This document shows, piece by piece, positions 44,055-53,441 of a stretch of 64,000 nt of DNA; positions within the stretch are counted from its first letter, which is position 1; each line of letters starts with the position of its first letter. The stretch is from the IMG/VR virus record IMGVR_UViG_3300044652_000025, positions 32,001 to 96,000 of that record, one strand, 5' to 3'. The translations under genes were made by a program, and so were the position numbers. The DNA comes from a virus (lineage: Duplodnaviria > Caudoviricetes). The notes beneath the pieces are model-generated. The model saw only the letters and a list, made by a program, of their open reading frames with translations, was not told the origin of the DNA and did not search any database.

Positions 44055-45148
44055 GCGATCTCTCCCTCCCGGCCGGTCCGGAACTGCGGTCCCTCCGGGT
44101 CGGGCCGCTCCTCGGCGTAGACCTCCGACGCCCGAGTGGCCAAGACGGCGGTCCGGACGGCGTCGACGGTGTCGGGCTGGGTCCGCATGGCCTCGACCAT
44201 CTTGTCCCGGCCGTTGAACCGCTCGCCGGTGCCCGGCACGGTGTACCAGGCGCCGTCCCGGGAGATGACGCCCAGCTTGAGGCCCAGTGTCACCGCTTCG
44301 TCGACCTTGTCGACCCCGAGCGGACCGTACTTCTCCGTCGACTGGTTGAACAGGGAGATGAAAGCGGCCCGTCCCGGCGGGGCCACGTTGTTGCGCTCCA
44401 GCTTGATGGCCAGTTCGTGGCCGACGAGCACCTTGTTCTCACCGGAGCCGAGCGTGAAGGGCTCCCGGCTGGTCCGCTTGAACTCCATCTTCATGGTGGT
44501 GACGTGCTTGAGGGCGAAGCCGCCGCCGGTGGTGGTGGCCTTGCCGTAGCCGGAGACATTGGCCCGGACCTGGTTGATGACGATGACCGCGGTCCGGGAC
44601 CGGTCGGCCGCCGGGGCGGCCATCTTCACCATGCGGGTGACCACCTTGGCCTGGGCGGCGACCACGGCCTCGTCGGCGTCCTTGTCGATCTCCTTCTGGG
44701 GGATCATCGCCCCGATGGAGTCCAGCACCACCATGGAGAATTGCGGCAGAAGCATGTCCTTCAAGATGTCGGCCGTCTCCTCGGCGACGTCGGGCTGGAT
44801 GATGTAGCACCGCGTCATGTCGACACCGTGGTCCCGGACCCAGGCCAGGTCGATCTTGTGTTCGACGTCGATGTAGCCGACGACCTTGTCGGGATGCTTC
44901 TTCTGGGCCTCGGCCAGCCCAAGGATCGCCATGGTCGACTTCCCGATCCCATCGGCGCCCCAGTACTCGTGGAGGCGGCCCTCCACCAGCCCGCCGACGC
45001 CAGTGGCGTAGTCCAGAGCCAGCGACCCGGTCGAGATCACTTTATAGGGGGTAATCTCCGGCGACTTGATCAGCGCGGCGGCGCCGTATTTCTTTTGAAA
45101 TTTTTCCTCAAACGCTTTGAGGGCTTTGACATCCGGTCGTTCGGCCAT
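44051..45148 (-). CDS. recA: RecA/UvsX recombinase
   Basis: ISTGSLALD, GADGIGKST, YIDVEH, VVLDS, INQVR, TTGGG.ALK. Confidence 0.95.
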   Translation of the reverse strand: MAERPDVKALKAFEEKFQKKYGAAALIKSPEITPYKVISTGSLALDYATGVGGLVEGRLHEYWGADGIGKSTMAILGLAEAQKKHPDKVVGYIDVEHKIDLAWVRDHGVDMTRCYIIQPDVAEETADILKDMLLPQFSMVVLDSIGAMIPQKEIDKDADEAVVAAQAKVVTRMVKMAAPAADRSRTAVIVINQVRANVSGYGKATTTGGGFALKHVTTMKMEFKRTSREPFTLGSGENKVLVGHELAIKLERNNVAPPGRAAFISLFNQSTEKYGPLGVDKVDEAVTLGLKLGVISRDGAWYTVPGTGERFNGRDKMVEAMRTQPDTVDAVRTAVLATRASEVYAEERPDPEGPQFRTGREGEIA

Positions 45149-45166
45149 TGGCTCCCCTGGGATGAG

Positions 45167-48100
45167 TCAGCATGGCTGGTACTTCTTGAGTTGGCATCCT
45201 CGCTCGTTCTTGGCCAGTAAGGCGAGGGCCATCTCGTTCTGGCGGATATCCCGATGGTACTTCTCCCACGCCTCGTGGAACACGACCACGTCGATGTCGC
45301 CGTCGCGGGCGTAGAGCGTCATGAAGGCCATCTTGCGTCCGTACCTGTCCTGGGTAGGGCGCAGCCGTGACACCACCGCTAGGACGAGGTATTCCCCGTC
45401 GTCTCCGTTGCCGACTTCCTCGGCGGTGTGGCAGTCCTCCAGGATCGAGGGGTGGACGGTGTCGAACGGGGTCGACGAGAGGGCGATCCCGAGTAGCCGC
45501 TCTTCGATGGTCCGGATCTCGGCGTCGCTGTAGCGCGCTCCGACGGCCACACCCTCCCGGGGGGCGTACTGACGGCAGGCCCGAGAGCACTTGGCCGGGA
45601 GACCGGGCTGGTTCTTGAGGGGTCTGCCACTCTTGCCGAGCTTGGGCGGCTCCGTGAACCAGTCGAAGGTGCAGGGCAGCCCGGGGACATCGGCCCACCA
45701 CCGGCAGTCGGCCGAGGGGATCGGTTTGTTGGCCTGGAAGTCGAGATGGTCCACCAGAGCGCGGCGGTTCTCGATGAGCCGGTCGAAGGCTCCGACCTCG
45801 ACCAGGGTCCGGGTGACCCCGGAGTTGGCGGCGCGGCCTTTCCTGGCCAGGTAGTCGTCCCAGGAGGTATAGGGCTGCCCGGCGACGATGTCCTTGACCG
45901 CGGCGTCGCCGATGCCCTTGATCTGGTCGAGCCCGTAGCGGATGCCCCGGGGTGTGACCTTGAAGCCCACCCCGCTCTCGTTGATGTCCGGCGGCAGGAT
46001 CCGCAGCCCCATCCGCCGGGCCTCCTGGATCACCTCCGGGAGACGGCCCTTCTCCTCTGTGGACAATAGTGCGGTGAAGAATTGCAAGGGATAGTGGAAC
46101 TTTAAGTAGGCTGTCCAAACGCCCAAGATTGCATAGGCCCATGCGTGGCTTCTATTGAAACTATATTTTGCAAATTCGGCCAGCTGCTCCCAGAGCGCCG
46201 CCATGGCCTGACGGTCGTGACCGCGTGCGAGACAGCGGGTGATGAACCGCTGGCCCTCCTCGGGTATCCGGCTGGTCTTCTTCTTGCCGAGGATCCGGCG
46301 GACCTCGTCGGCCTCCTCCGAGGTGTAGCCGCCGAGGATCATGCAGGTCTGCATGACCTGCTCTTGGTACAAGATGCAGCCGAACGTGTCGCCGAGGTAG
46401 TGCTCCAGCGACGGATGGGGGTAGGTCACCGGCTCCAGCCCGGCCCGACGCTGGAGGTACATCTTCATCAGCCCGGAGTTCTTGGGGCCGGGTCGGCCGA
46501 TGGTGATGAGGTCGGCCAACTCCCGGAGTGACCGCGGTCTGAACTCCTTGGCGATCTTGGTGTTGGCCTTGGTCTCGATCTGGAAGATGCCGAGGGTGTG
46601 GCCCTTTCCGATCTCCTCCCACATCAACGGATCGTCGTACTCATTTTTCCATGAGTAGACGTCGATCTCGACGCCCTCCTGCTCCCGGATGAGATCGACG
46701 GTCTTCTGGATCGTGTCCAGATTCCGAAGATTCAAAAGATCGAACTTGACCAGACCCAGGGACTCCAGGGCCTCCATGTCGAACTCGGCCACCAGCTGGC
46801 CGTCCTTGGCGGCCCACAGCGGCAGCCGGTCGATGAGCGGCTCGTCGGGGGAGATCACGAACCCGGCGGCGTGACGTCCGTAGGACTTGAGACGGCCCAC
46901 CATCCGGTCGGCGTAGGCGAAGAGCGTGGGGTACTTCTCCCGGTAGGGGTTCAAGGTCTCGGCGTGGGCCTCCCACATCTCGTCCCATGGCATCCCGAGG
47001 CCCGCGGTGCTGGCCTCGATATCGTCGATGTGCTTCGCCACCAGGTCCATGTCGGGGTAGAGCCGGGGGTTGTCGATGGCCTTGTTGAGCACCCTGGTCA
47101 GATCCCGGATGACGCCCTTGTTCTTGAGCCGGAGGTGGGTGCCGACCCGGACGACGCGGTCGGCGCCCCAGCGCTCGACGGCGTAGGCGGCCATCCGGTC
47201 TTTCTCCGAGGACGGATAGTCGACGTCGAAGTCGGGCAGGGCGGCCCGGCCCTCGGTCAGAAAGCGCTCGAAGAGCAGGCCGGTATCGACGGGGTCGATC
47301 TCCGTGATGCCCATGAGGTAGGCGACCAGCGAACCCGACCCCGAGCCCCGGCCCGGCCCCACCAGGATCCGGTTGCGCTTGGCGTAGTCGACCTGGTCGT
47401 GGACCATCAGGTAGTAGCCGCAGAACCCCTTGTCGATGAGGAGCTTCATCTCCCGCTCGAAGCGGGCCTCGTAGACCTCCTGGCCGCTGCTCTTACCCAG
47501 CGTCTTGGCCCAGTTGCCGAGGCAGATCCGCAGCAGCCGGTCGACATCGGCCGCCGGACCACCACTGCGCGAGAACACCGGCGGGTCGGCCCGTCCGACC
47601 ATGGAGGCGGTGCAGCGCTCGGCCACGGCGACGGTATTGGCCATGGCCTCGTCGATCACCGCGGCCGGGAGGTAGCCGAGGGCTTTGGTGACTTCACCGG
47701 CGGTCATCAGGTGGTAGTCGTGACCGCCGGAGAACAATCCGGTGTCCTCGGCGATGCCGTCCTTCTTGGGGATCTGGACAGCCAGCCAGGTGGCGTGGGC
47801 GTCCTTGTCGTCGGGACAGGCATAGTGGCTGTCCACCGCGGCCACCAGGGGCAGAGAGTACTGGCGGGCCAGATCGACCAGGAGGTCGTTGACCTTGCGC
47901 TGCTCGTCAAGGGCGTTGGTGTGGATCTCCACATAGAGTCGGTCCCGGAAGATGTCGTTCAGCCGGGCGAGGTTGGCCACCGCCAGGTCGTAGGCTTCGT
48001 GCTTGAGCAAGGGGTGGGCCAGCGGGCCGCGGAGGCAGGCAGTGGAGGCAATGACGCCGTCGCTGAGCCGCGACAGGGTGTCCCAGTCCATCCGAGGCTT

Positions 48101-48727
48101 GCCGTAGAAGCCATCACGGTAAGCCTCGGTGCTCATGGCCCAGAGGTTGCGGAGTCCGGCGTCGGTCTCGGCCAGCAGGATCAGGTGGTAGTAGTCGAGG
48201 CTCTCCCGGTCGAAGCGGTCGTGGACGAGATAGGCCTCGATCCCGAAGAGGGGCTTGATCCCGGCCTTGGCCGCCTTGGCCGCCAGGTGAGGGTGAGCGG
48301 CGCAGGCACCGTGGTCGGTGACGGCCAGGGCGGGCTGTCCGTCGGCCACCACCGCGGCGATCATCTCGTCGATGGTCGAGTAGCCGTCCAGGGCCGAGTG
48401 TTCGCTGTGGGCGTGGAGGTGAACGAAGCCGGTCGTCCGTTCGGCCTTGGCCGCCCGGCGTAGCTGCCGGTAGGACGGCGTCGGATGCGGGCAGGGCCGG
48501 AGGTCAGGGATCTCCACCTCGGCCCCACCGAAACGCGACGGCGGGTCGCCGTCCACCAGCCAGTAGCTGTCGCCGACGATGACCGCGGCGATCGAGTGGT
48601 TCATGGCGTTGTCGTAGACCCAGGACGGGAACCGCGCCTCGGGGACGAGGAGCATCCGGATGCCGTCATCATCCTCGACGACCGTGACCCCCGGGAAGTA
48701 CTCCTCTGCTATTCGATATTGGCCCAC
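45167..48727 (-). CDS. dnaE: DNA polymerase III alpha subunit
   Basis: PHP FVHLHAHSEHS, GRGSGSGSLVAY, PDFDVD, KFDLL, ILYQEQ, FNRSH, C-terminal OB fold. Confidence 0.97.
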   Translation of the reverse strand: MGQYRIAEEYFPGVTVVEDDDGIRMLLVPEARFPSWVYDNAMNHSIAAVIVGDSYWLVDGDPPSRFGGAEVEIPDLRPCPHPTPSYRQLRRAAKAERTTGFVHLHAHSEHSALDGYSTIDEMIAAVVADGQPALAVTDHGACAAHPHLAAKAAKAGIKPLFGIEAYLVHDRFDRESLDYYHLILLAETDAGLRNLWAMSTEAYRDGFYGKPRMDWDTLSRLSDGVIASTACLRGPLAHPLLKHEAYDLAVANLARLNDIFRDRLYVEIHTNALDEQRKVNDLLVDLARQYSLPLVAAVDSHYACPDDKDAHATWLAVQIPKKDGIAEDTGLFSGGHDYHLMTAGEVTKALGYLPAAVIDEAMANTVAVAERCTASMVGRADPPVFSRSGGPAADVDRLLRICLGNWAKTLGKSSGQEVYEARFEREMKLLIDKGFCGYYLMVHDQVDYAKRNRILVGPGRGSGSGSLVAYLMGITEIDPVDTGLLFERFLTEGRAALPDFDVDYPSSEKDRMAAYAVERWGADRVVRVGTHLRLKNKGVIRDLTRVLNKAIDNPRLYPDMDLVAKHIDDIEASTAGLGMPWDEMWEAHAETLNPYREKYPTLFAYADRMVGRLKSYGRHAAGFVISPDEPLIDRLPLWAAKDGQLVAEFDMEALESLGLVKFDLLNLRNLDTIQKTVDLIREQEGVEIDVYSWKNEYDDPLMWEEIGKGHTLGIFQIETKANTKIAKEFRPRSLRELADLITIGRPGPKNSGLMKMYLQRRAGLEPVTYPHPSLEHYLGDTFGCILYQEQVMQTCMILGGYTSEEADEVRRILGKKKTSRIPEEGQRFITRCLARGHDRQAMAALWEQLAEFAKYSFNRSHAWAYAILGVWTAYLKFHYPLQFFTALLSTEEKGRLPEVIQEARRMGLRILPPDINESGVGFKVTPRGIRYGLDQIKGIGDAAVKDIVAGQPYTSWDDYLARKGRAANSGVTRTLVEVGAFDRLIENRRALVDHLDFQANKPIPSADCRWWADVPGLPCTFDWFTEPPKLGKSGRPLKNQPGLPAKCSRACRQYAPREGVAVGARYSDAEIRTIEERLLGIALSSTPFDTVHPSILEDCHTAEEVGNGDDGEYLVLAVVSRLRPTQDRYGRKMAFMTLYARDGDIDVVVFHEAWEKYHRDIRQNEMALALLAKNERGCQLKKYQPC

Positions 48728-49002
48728 CGACGCTCCCCCGTCAGGATGTCCCGCGCCTGCTGCAACCGTCGCATGTCCTCCTCGATGGAGGCGATGCACT
48801 GCTTGATCTCCTCCGGCCCGGCCAACCGCCACCGGCTCACGTCGAGCGGTTGGGTGACCTCGTCGCACACCAGGCACTTCGTCAGCTGAAGGCCACCGGG
48901 GTCGGGGTCGGAGAGCACCTCATAGATATGCTCCCGACAAGCGAGACGGTGAGGAGCCAGCAATCGACTCCCCACCGTCCAGGTCCGCCGATTAACGGAC
49001 AT
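48709..49002 (-). CDS. hypothetical protein
   Basis: ORF track. Confidence 0.55.
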   Translation of the reverse strand: MSVNRRTWTVGSRLLAPHRLACREHIYEVLSDPDPGGLQLTKCLVCDEVTQPLDVSRWRLAGPEEIKQCIASIEEDMRRLQQARDILTGERRWANIE

Positions 49003-49007
49003 CGCTG

Positions 49008-49979
49008 TCAGTCGTAGTTTTTGATCCCTCCGGACGTTGCCTCATTGGCGTGCTCGCCCGGCGTCTCACCACCGGTGCTGTAGCTCCGGACGCGGCTGGC
49101 GAGATCCTTGAGGCGCTCTTCGTCGACGTCGTTCTGGGCCTTCGGCTCGGGAGCGGCGCCGGTCTCTTCGACCTTGCCCTCCTTGCCGACCTTGATCCGG
49201 GGATCGAAGAACAGGCCGTAGAACCGGTCCGACGCCTGGTCGGTGATGATTTCGGCGAGGTCGTAGACGCCGTCGTAGCGCTTCCCCCACTCGGTGAAGG
49301 AACCGTCCGGGGTGGTCACGGCCAGCTTCTCGTTGCTGCGGTCGTCTTTGATCGGGTCCAGCGGGATGATCCGGTACTCGGTGTCCGTCGTGGACCCCTT
49401 CCGAGTGATCTTGTAGTCCCGGTCGGTGATGGTGCCGTAGTGCCCGGCGAAGCCCTGGAGCGCGCCCCAGAAGTTCTTCCAGCCCTGGGAGACGACGACG
49501 ATGTCCTTCTCCTTGACGACCTCGGTCTGGTCCGAGTCCGGCCGCTTGCGCTCGACCTCACGGATCTTGTCGCGGATCCCCACGACCTTGCCGTCTTCGA
49601 TGACCTGCTCCCGGAGGCAGGCGAGCGCCCAGGTCCGGGGACTGGCCTTCTTCACCTGCTTGTCCTTGCCGACGAGGAACTCGCAGATGTAGCAGTCGGG
49701 AAACATCCGCTTGCCGGTGGGCTCGACGAAGGCGGGGTCGTTACGGCAGATGGCACCCATCCGCTCGGGCCAGTTACCAGTGTGACCGTCGGGCTTGCCC
49801 TTGGTCGGCACCTGGGTGTGCTGGTCGACAGTGATCCAGTCGGTCGCCTCGGTGATGAAGCGGAGGATGGCAGTCTCGCCATCCTTGATGCCGAACCACT
49901 GGGTGCGAGCGAAGTTGGGGGATGCCTTCTTGGCAGCCTCCTCCGCGACGTCGCCACCCTTACGGAATGCAGGACTCAT
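49008..49979 (-). CDS. ssDNA-binding protein, gp32-like
   Basis: IKDGETAILRFI, C..CYIC Zn site, DRDYKITRKG...TEY, location in replication module. Confidence 0.75.
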   Translation of the reverse strand: MSPAFRKGGDVAEEAAKKASPNFARTQWFGIKDGETAILRFITEATDWITVDQHTQVPTKGKPDGHTGNWPERMGAICRNDPAFVEPTGKRMFPDCYICEFLVGKDKQVKKASPRTWALACLREQVIEDGKVVGIRDKIREVERKRPDSDQTEVVKEKDIVVVSQGWKNFWGALQGFAGHYGTITDRDYKITRKGSTTDTEYRIIPLDPIKDDRSNEKLAVTTPDGSFTEWGKRYDGVYDLAEIITDQASDRFYGLFFDPRIKVGKEGKVEETGAAPEPKAQNDVDEERLKDLASRVRSYSTGGETPGEHANEATSGGIKNYD

Positions 49980-49997
49980 GGCTCTCTCCGTTCTCAG

Positions 49998-50855
49998 TCA
50001 TTGAAAAATGTTGGCGATCTGATCTGCTGTCAATGGGTTAGGGATGTTCAGCGGGTTCAGGAAAATGACGGTCCGGCGGCCGACGGACTTGACCATCCAC
50101 GGCTCAGGCTGGTTGTACCACCCGACGGCGAGCCGCCGCGTGATACCTCGGTCGGAGAAGGCCTTGGCCAGCAGGCCTCTCCATTCGTCGAGGCGGTACC
50201 GACCCGACACCGCGGTGCCCCATCGGTACCAACCCCAACGACCCTCGGGTAGGGTACGTCCATCCTCACCGCTACAAGATCTCTTGTCAAGAGAAAACTC
50301 TCGATTGATGAGGTGCGTCAGGTCGACCTCTACCAAAGGTTGAGCGTCATCCACCGCCGCCAGACGGGACTGGCGGACCTCCTCGGCGATCCGGCGGCGG
50401 ACCTCGGCCTCCACCTCGGCGTCGAAAAACACCGAGCCCACCGGCGTGGCGTCGTAGCGGGCGCGGATCTCGTCATTGAGCAGCTGCTTGAGGACGTAGG
50501 TCAGCCGCGGCGACTCCGGGCCACCTCGGGCAATGTAGGCCTCGCGCAGCTGGGCCTTCGTGGCCCAATGGTGGACCCCGAGATCACGGTAGTAACGGTT
50601 GACGTCCCACACGACAGGACGGTACGGCTCGACCGTGACAGAGGTCGTGAACTCCGGCCAGCTGGGATCGCCCTCCAGGCGCGGGTCGTTGGCCCTGGGC
50701 AGGAGGACATGCCAAGCCTCCCAGGAATCGCACCGGCTGCACGGCGCCTCCTGGTCGAGCGCGCCGACGTACCACCGCCGGTCGGTCTCGACCAGGCAGG
50801 CGTCACACAAACGGACGGAGTCGAGGTCAGTCCTCGGAGCCGTCTTCGTCGGCAT
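49998..50855 (-). CDS. protein with degenerate J-domain
   Basis: YYRDLGV..ATKAQLREAY...LLNDEIRARYD; lacks HPD. Confidence 0.65.
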   Translation of the reverse strand: MPTKTAPRTDLDSVRLCDACLVETDRRWYVGALDQEAPCSRCDSWEAWHVLLPRANDPRLEGDPSWPEFTTSVTVEPYRPVVWDVNRYYRDLGVHHWATKAQLREAYIARGGPESPRLTYVLKQLLNDEIRARYDATPVGSVFFDAEVEAEVRRRIAEEVRQSRLAAVDDAQPLVEVDLTHLINREFSLDKRSCSGEDGRTLPEGRWGWYRWGTAVSGRYRLDEWRGLLAKAFSDRGITRRLAVGWYNQPEPWMVKSVGRRTVIFLNPLNIPNPLTADQIANIFQ

Positions 50856-50965
50856 CGGACTGTTCGGCCGCCAGTTCGTCCTTGTCCTGGTCGGTCCACT
50901 CGCTGTCGGTCTTCTTGTCCCGCAGGATCCGGCCATCGCCGGAGCCATACTTAGTCAGTCCCATA

Positions 50966-51973
50966 TCAGGCTGCCCTCCAGATCTTGACCTGCTTCGGCC
51001 GTGACCACAGCGACCACGGTATTGCGGTGCGGACGAGTTCGGCGACCACCTCATCCGGTAGCCCGGCCACGTCCTCGTTCCAGGGGTTGTCGGCGACGCG
51101 CACATCGCAGTAGGCCTGGAGGGCCTCGCCGACCTTCTCGGTGGCCGTCCAGCCCGCCTCGTCGTTGTCGAAAAACAGGGTCACCCGGGGATGATGACTG
51201 AGGTAGCGGATCTGCTTGGGTGTCACCGCGTTCCCGAAGGTGGCCTCCAGCGGGAGGACATGAGACTTGGCCACCACGCTCATGGGGGACTCGACGATCA
51301 CGGCGTAGTCCCGGGCCGGGTCGTAGTCGAAGATGGTCGACTCCCGCGGCAGGTCCGGGCTGGCCTTGTACTTCGGGCTGCCGTCCTTGAGGAGCCGCCG
51401 GGTCTGCCAACCGACGAGGCTGCCCTTCCAGAAGTGGGGGATGACGATGCGGTTGGCGTCGGGATCCCAGCCGACGCGGTAGCGGACGACGTTGGCTTCG
51501 GGGATGCCGCGGATTTCGGTCAGGTAGGGATGGATGTACGCCCACCGGTCGAGGACCGCGACCGACATCTTGGGCATCGGCGGCGCGGTGCAGAGCTTCG
51601 GGCTGTAGATGGCGTCGAAGTAGGAGAGCAGTGCCGACAGGCTCATGCCGTCGGCCCCCATCCCGGTCTCGGAGTCGAGCCACTTCCGAGCTTCATTCCC
51701 CGACGTCCCACGGCAAAGCCCGATGAACCACAGGAGCCCGCCCCCGGCGTCACAGGAGCCCAAGCACTTGTAGACGAGCTTCTTCCAGTTGAGGCTGGCG
51801 GTCGGCTCGGCATCCTGGTGCTGGTGCTTCCCGAAGGGCAGGACGCAGCCGTGGATCAGTTCCTCGCCATCGCCGCCGACCCGGATCCGGGTGACTCCGA
51901 ACTCGGCCAGGAGCGACCGACACAGCCGCTCCTTGTCGGCGTCGGGCAGGAGGGCCGCTTCAAAGGCTGGCAT
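50966..51973 (-). CDS. dnaG: DNA primase (Zn-binding + TOPRIM)
   Basis: C..H..YKCL..C Zn motif, RIVIP, PKY, IVES, FDNDEAG. Confidence 0.88.
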   Translation of the reverse strand: MPAFEAALLPDADKERLCRSLLAEFGVTRIRVGGDGEELIHGCVLPFGKHQHQDAEPTASLNWKKLVYKCLGSCDAGGGLLWFIGLCRGTSGNEARKWLDSETGMGADGMSLSALLSYFDAIYSPKLCTAPPMPKMSVAVLDRWAYIHPYLTEIRGIPEANVVRYRVGWDPDANRIVIPHFWKGSLVGWQTRRLLKDGSPKYKASPDLPRESTIFDYDPARDYAVIVESPMSVVAKSHVLPLEATFGNAVTPKQIRYLSHHPRVTLFFDNDEAGWTATEKVGEALQAYCDVRVADNPWNEDVAGLPDEVVAELVRTAIPWSLWSRPKQVKIWRAA

Positions 51974-52391
51974 CGCACACCCCGCCGTCGATCTGTATCG
52001 AGGCAAGTAGGGCGCTGTAGATCTGGAAGAGCTGGTCGGGGCTGAGGTGTCCTGGTGGCATGCTCTCTCGAAGAGCCGTCTCGGCAACCACCTGGACGGT
52101 CGTGCCCTTCAGGATTCCTTGATCGGCCAAGACCACTCTCCAGAGGGCATCTCTCAGCCGCGCGATCTCCTCATTCCGCTGCCAAATCTCGGAGCAGAGG
52201 AACTTCTCCTGCGCCTCCATGATCTTGAACACAACATCCGCCACCCTCAGCGTGTCAGCGTTCACTCGTCCCTCCTCGAAGTGGTCCTCACCACCCATTA
52301 TCGAGACGGAAGCCGGAAACTGACACTTGGCCAGATTCGGCGACCTGTCGCTCAGGGTCAGCCATCGAGAGCATCCTGACGAGCCCACCAT
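51960..52391 (-). CDS. hypothetical protein (start probably ~52265)
   Basis: ORF track. Confidence 0.5.
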   Translation of the reverse strand: MVGSSGCSRWLTLSDRSPNLAKCQFPASVSIMGGEDHFEEGRVNADTLRVADVVFKIMEAQEKFLCSEIWQRNEEIARLRDALWRVVLADQGILKGTTVQVVAETALRESMPPGHLSPDQLFQIYSALLASIQIDGGVCDASL

Positions 52392-52410
52392 CCCAGGGCC
52401 TCCACGGTGT

Positions 52411-52917
52411 TCATGAGCGTCTCCTCGCCATCGCCGCCTCGAACGCCTCGTTATGGGCGTGCTTATCGAAGTCGGTCAGGGTGCCGTCGCGGTCCATGTA
52501 CTGCCACACCCGCTGGCGGCGGCCGACGAAGACCAGGGTCCAGGTCGGGGTTCGGTGGAGCCGCTCGATCCAGTGGAGGGCGTCCATCGGCATCCAGTTC
52601 AGGAACCGCACCCGGTGGCGGTAGGCATAGCCGATGATCTTCCGGTCGGCGTCCCACCACTCCTCGCTGATGTCGTGGGTACGGCGGCGCATCTCGTCGT
52701 AGCCGCCGCGCAGCACGATGCTCACAAAGGGCCAGGGATGATCGTGAAGCGTGTCCCTGGGGTCAGGCGTGCCCAGCTTGTGGAGGTAAACCCCGAAGAG
52801 CGGAGTCTGGACGATCCGCAGGCGCCAGAGGTAGGTGTCGTCGGAGTCGTAGTCCGGGACGGCGAACGGCTGCAAGAACGCCCAGTTGGGGGAGCGGTTC
52901 CCGGCCAGCTTCTTCAC
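52411..52917 (-). CDS. cupin-fold protein
   Basis: LHDHPW.F.SIVL.GGY.E...HWI...WTLVF.G. Confidence 0.8.
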   Translation of the reverse strand: MKKLAGNRSPNWAFLQPFAVPDYDSDDTYLWRLRIVQTPLFGVYLHKLGTPDPRDTLHDHPWPFVSIVLRGGYDEMRRRTHDISEEWWDADRKIIGYAYRHRVRFLNWMPMDALHWIERLHRTPTWTLVFVGRRQRVWQYMDRDGTLTDFDKHAHNEAFEAAMARRRS

Positions 52918-53228
52918 GTCCGCACCACCCCGTCGTGAGGGTTGCGGATGGCCTCACCGTCCCGCTTGAGCCACTCCCGGACCTCATGGGTCTCGATCCG
53001 GCTGAGGCGCCAGATCAGCCACTCCTCGATGGCCGTCTCGTCGGCGAAGGGCGGCAGCGGCGACTCGATCTGGAGGTCGGTCATCTCGCCCGGCCGGTAG
53101 GCGTTCTCCAGGCGGCAGCGGATGTGGAGATGGGTGCCCTCGTAGGGGGTCCAGACGACGACGAACTCCCACCCCGGCTTGTAGGTGAACCGGGCGAAGG
53201 CGTTGGCCACCTGGGCGTGGGTCAGCAC
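52914..53228 (-). CDS. conserved actinophage hypothetical protein
   Basis: YKPGW...ETHEVREW...NPH. Confidence 0.75.
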   Translation of the reverse strand: MLTHAQVANAFARFTYKPGWEFVVVWTPYEGTHLHIRCRLENAYRPGEMTDLQIESPLPPFADETAIEEWLIWRLSRIETHEVREWLKRDGEAIRNPHDGVVRT

Positions 53229-53441
53229 TCAGCCCCCTCGCTCCCGGTCGTGGGTCAAGGCCGCCTGCATGGCATTGGCGAACCAGCTGATCATGAGACT
53301 CTGGTCGACCACACCCGCCGGGCCGTCATTCTCGTTGACCACGGTCCAGCCATCGAAAGTCCGACAGAACTCCTCAGCCCAGATCACGACGTCTGTCGTC
53401 GAATGGAGCTTGCGGGCGACCGAGTCGGGCTGGTCAGTCAT
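53229..53441 (-). CDS. hypothetical protein (WAEEF / WFANAM motif)
   Basis: ORF track; ATGA overlap. Confidence 0.7.
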   Translation of the reverse strand: MTDQPDSVARKLHSTTDVVIWAEEFCRTFDGWTVVNENDGPAGVVDQSLMISWFANAMQAALTHDRERGG

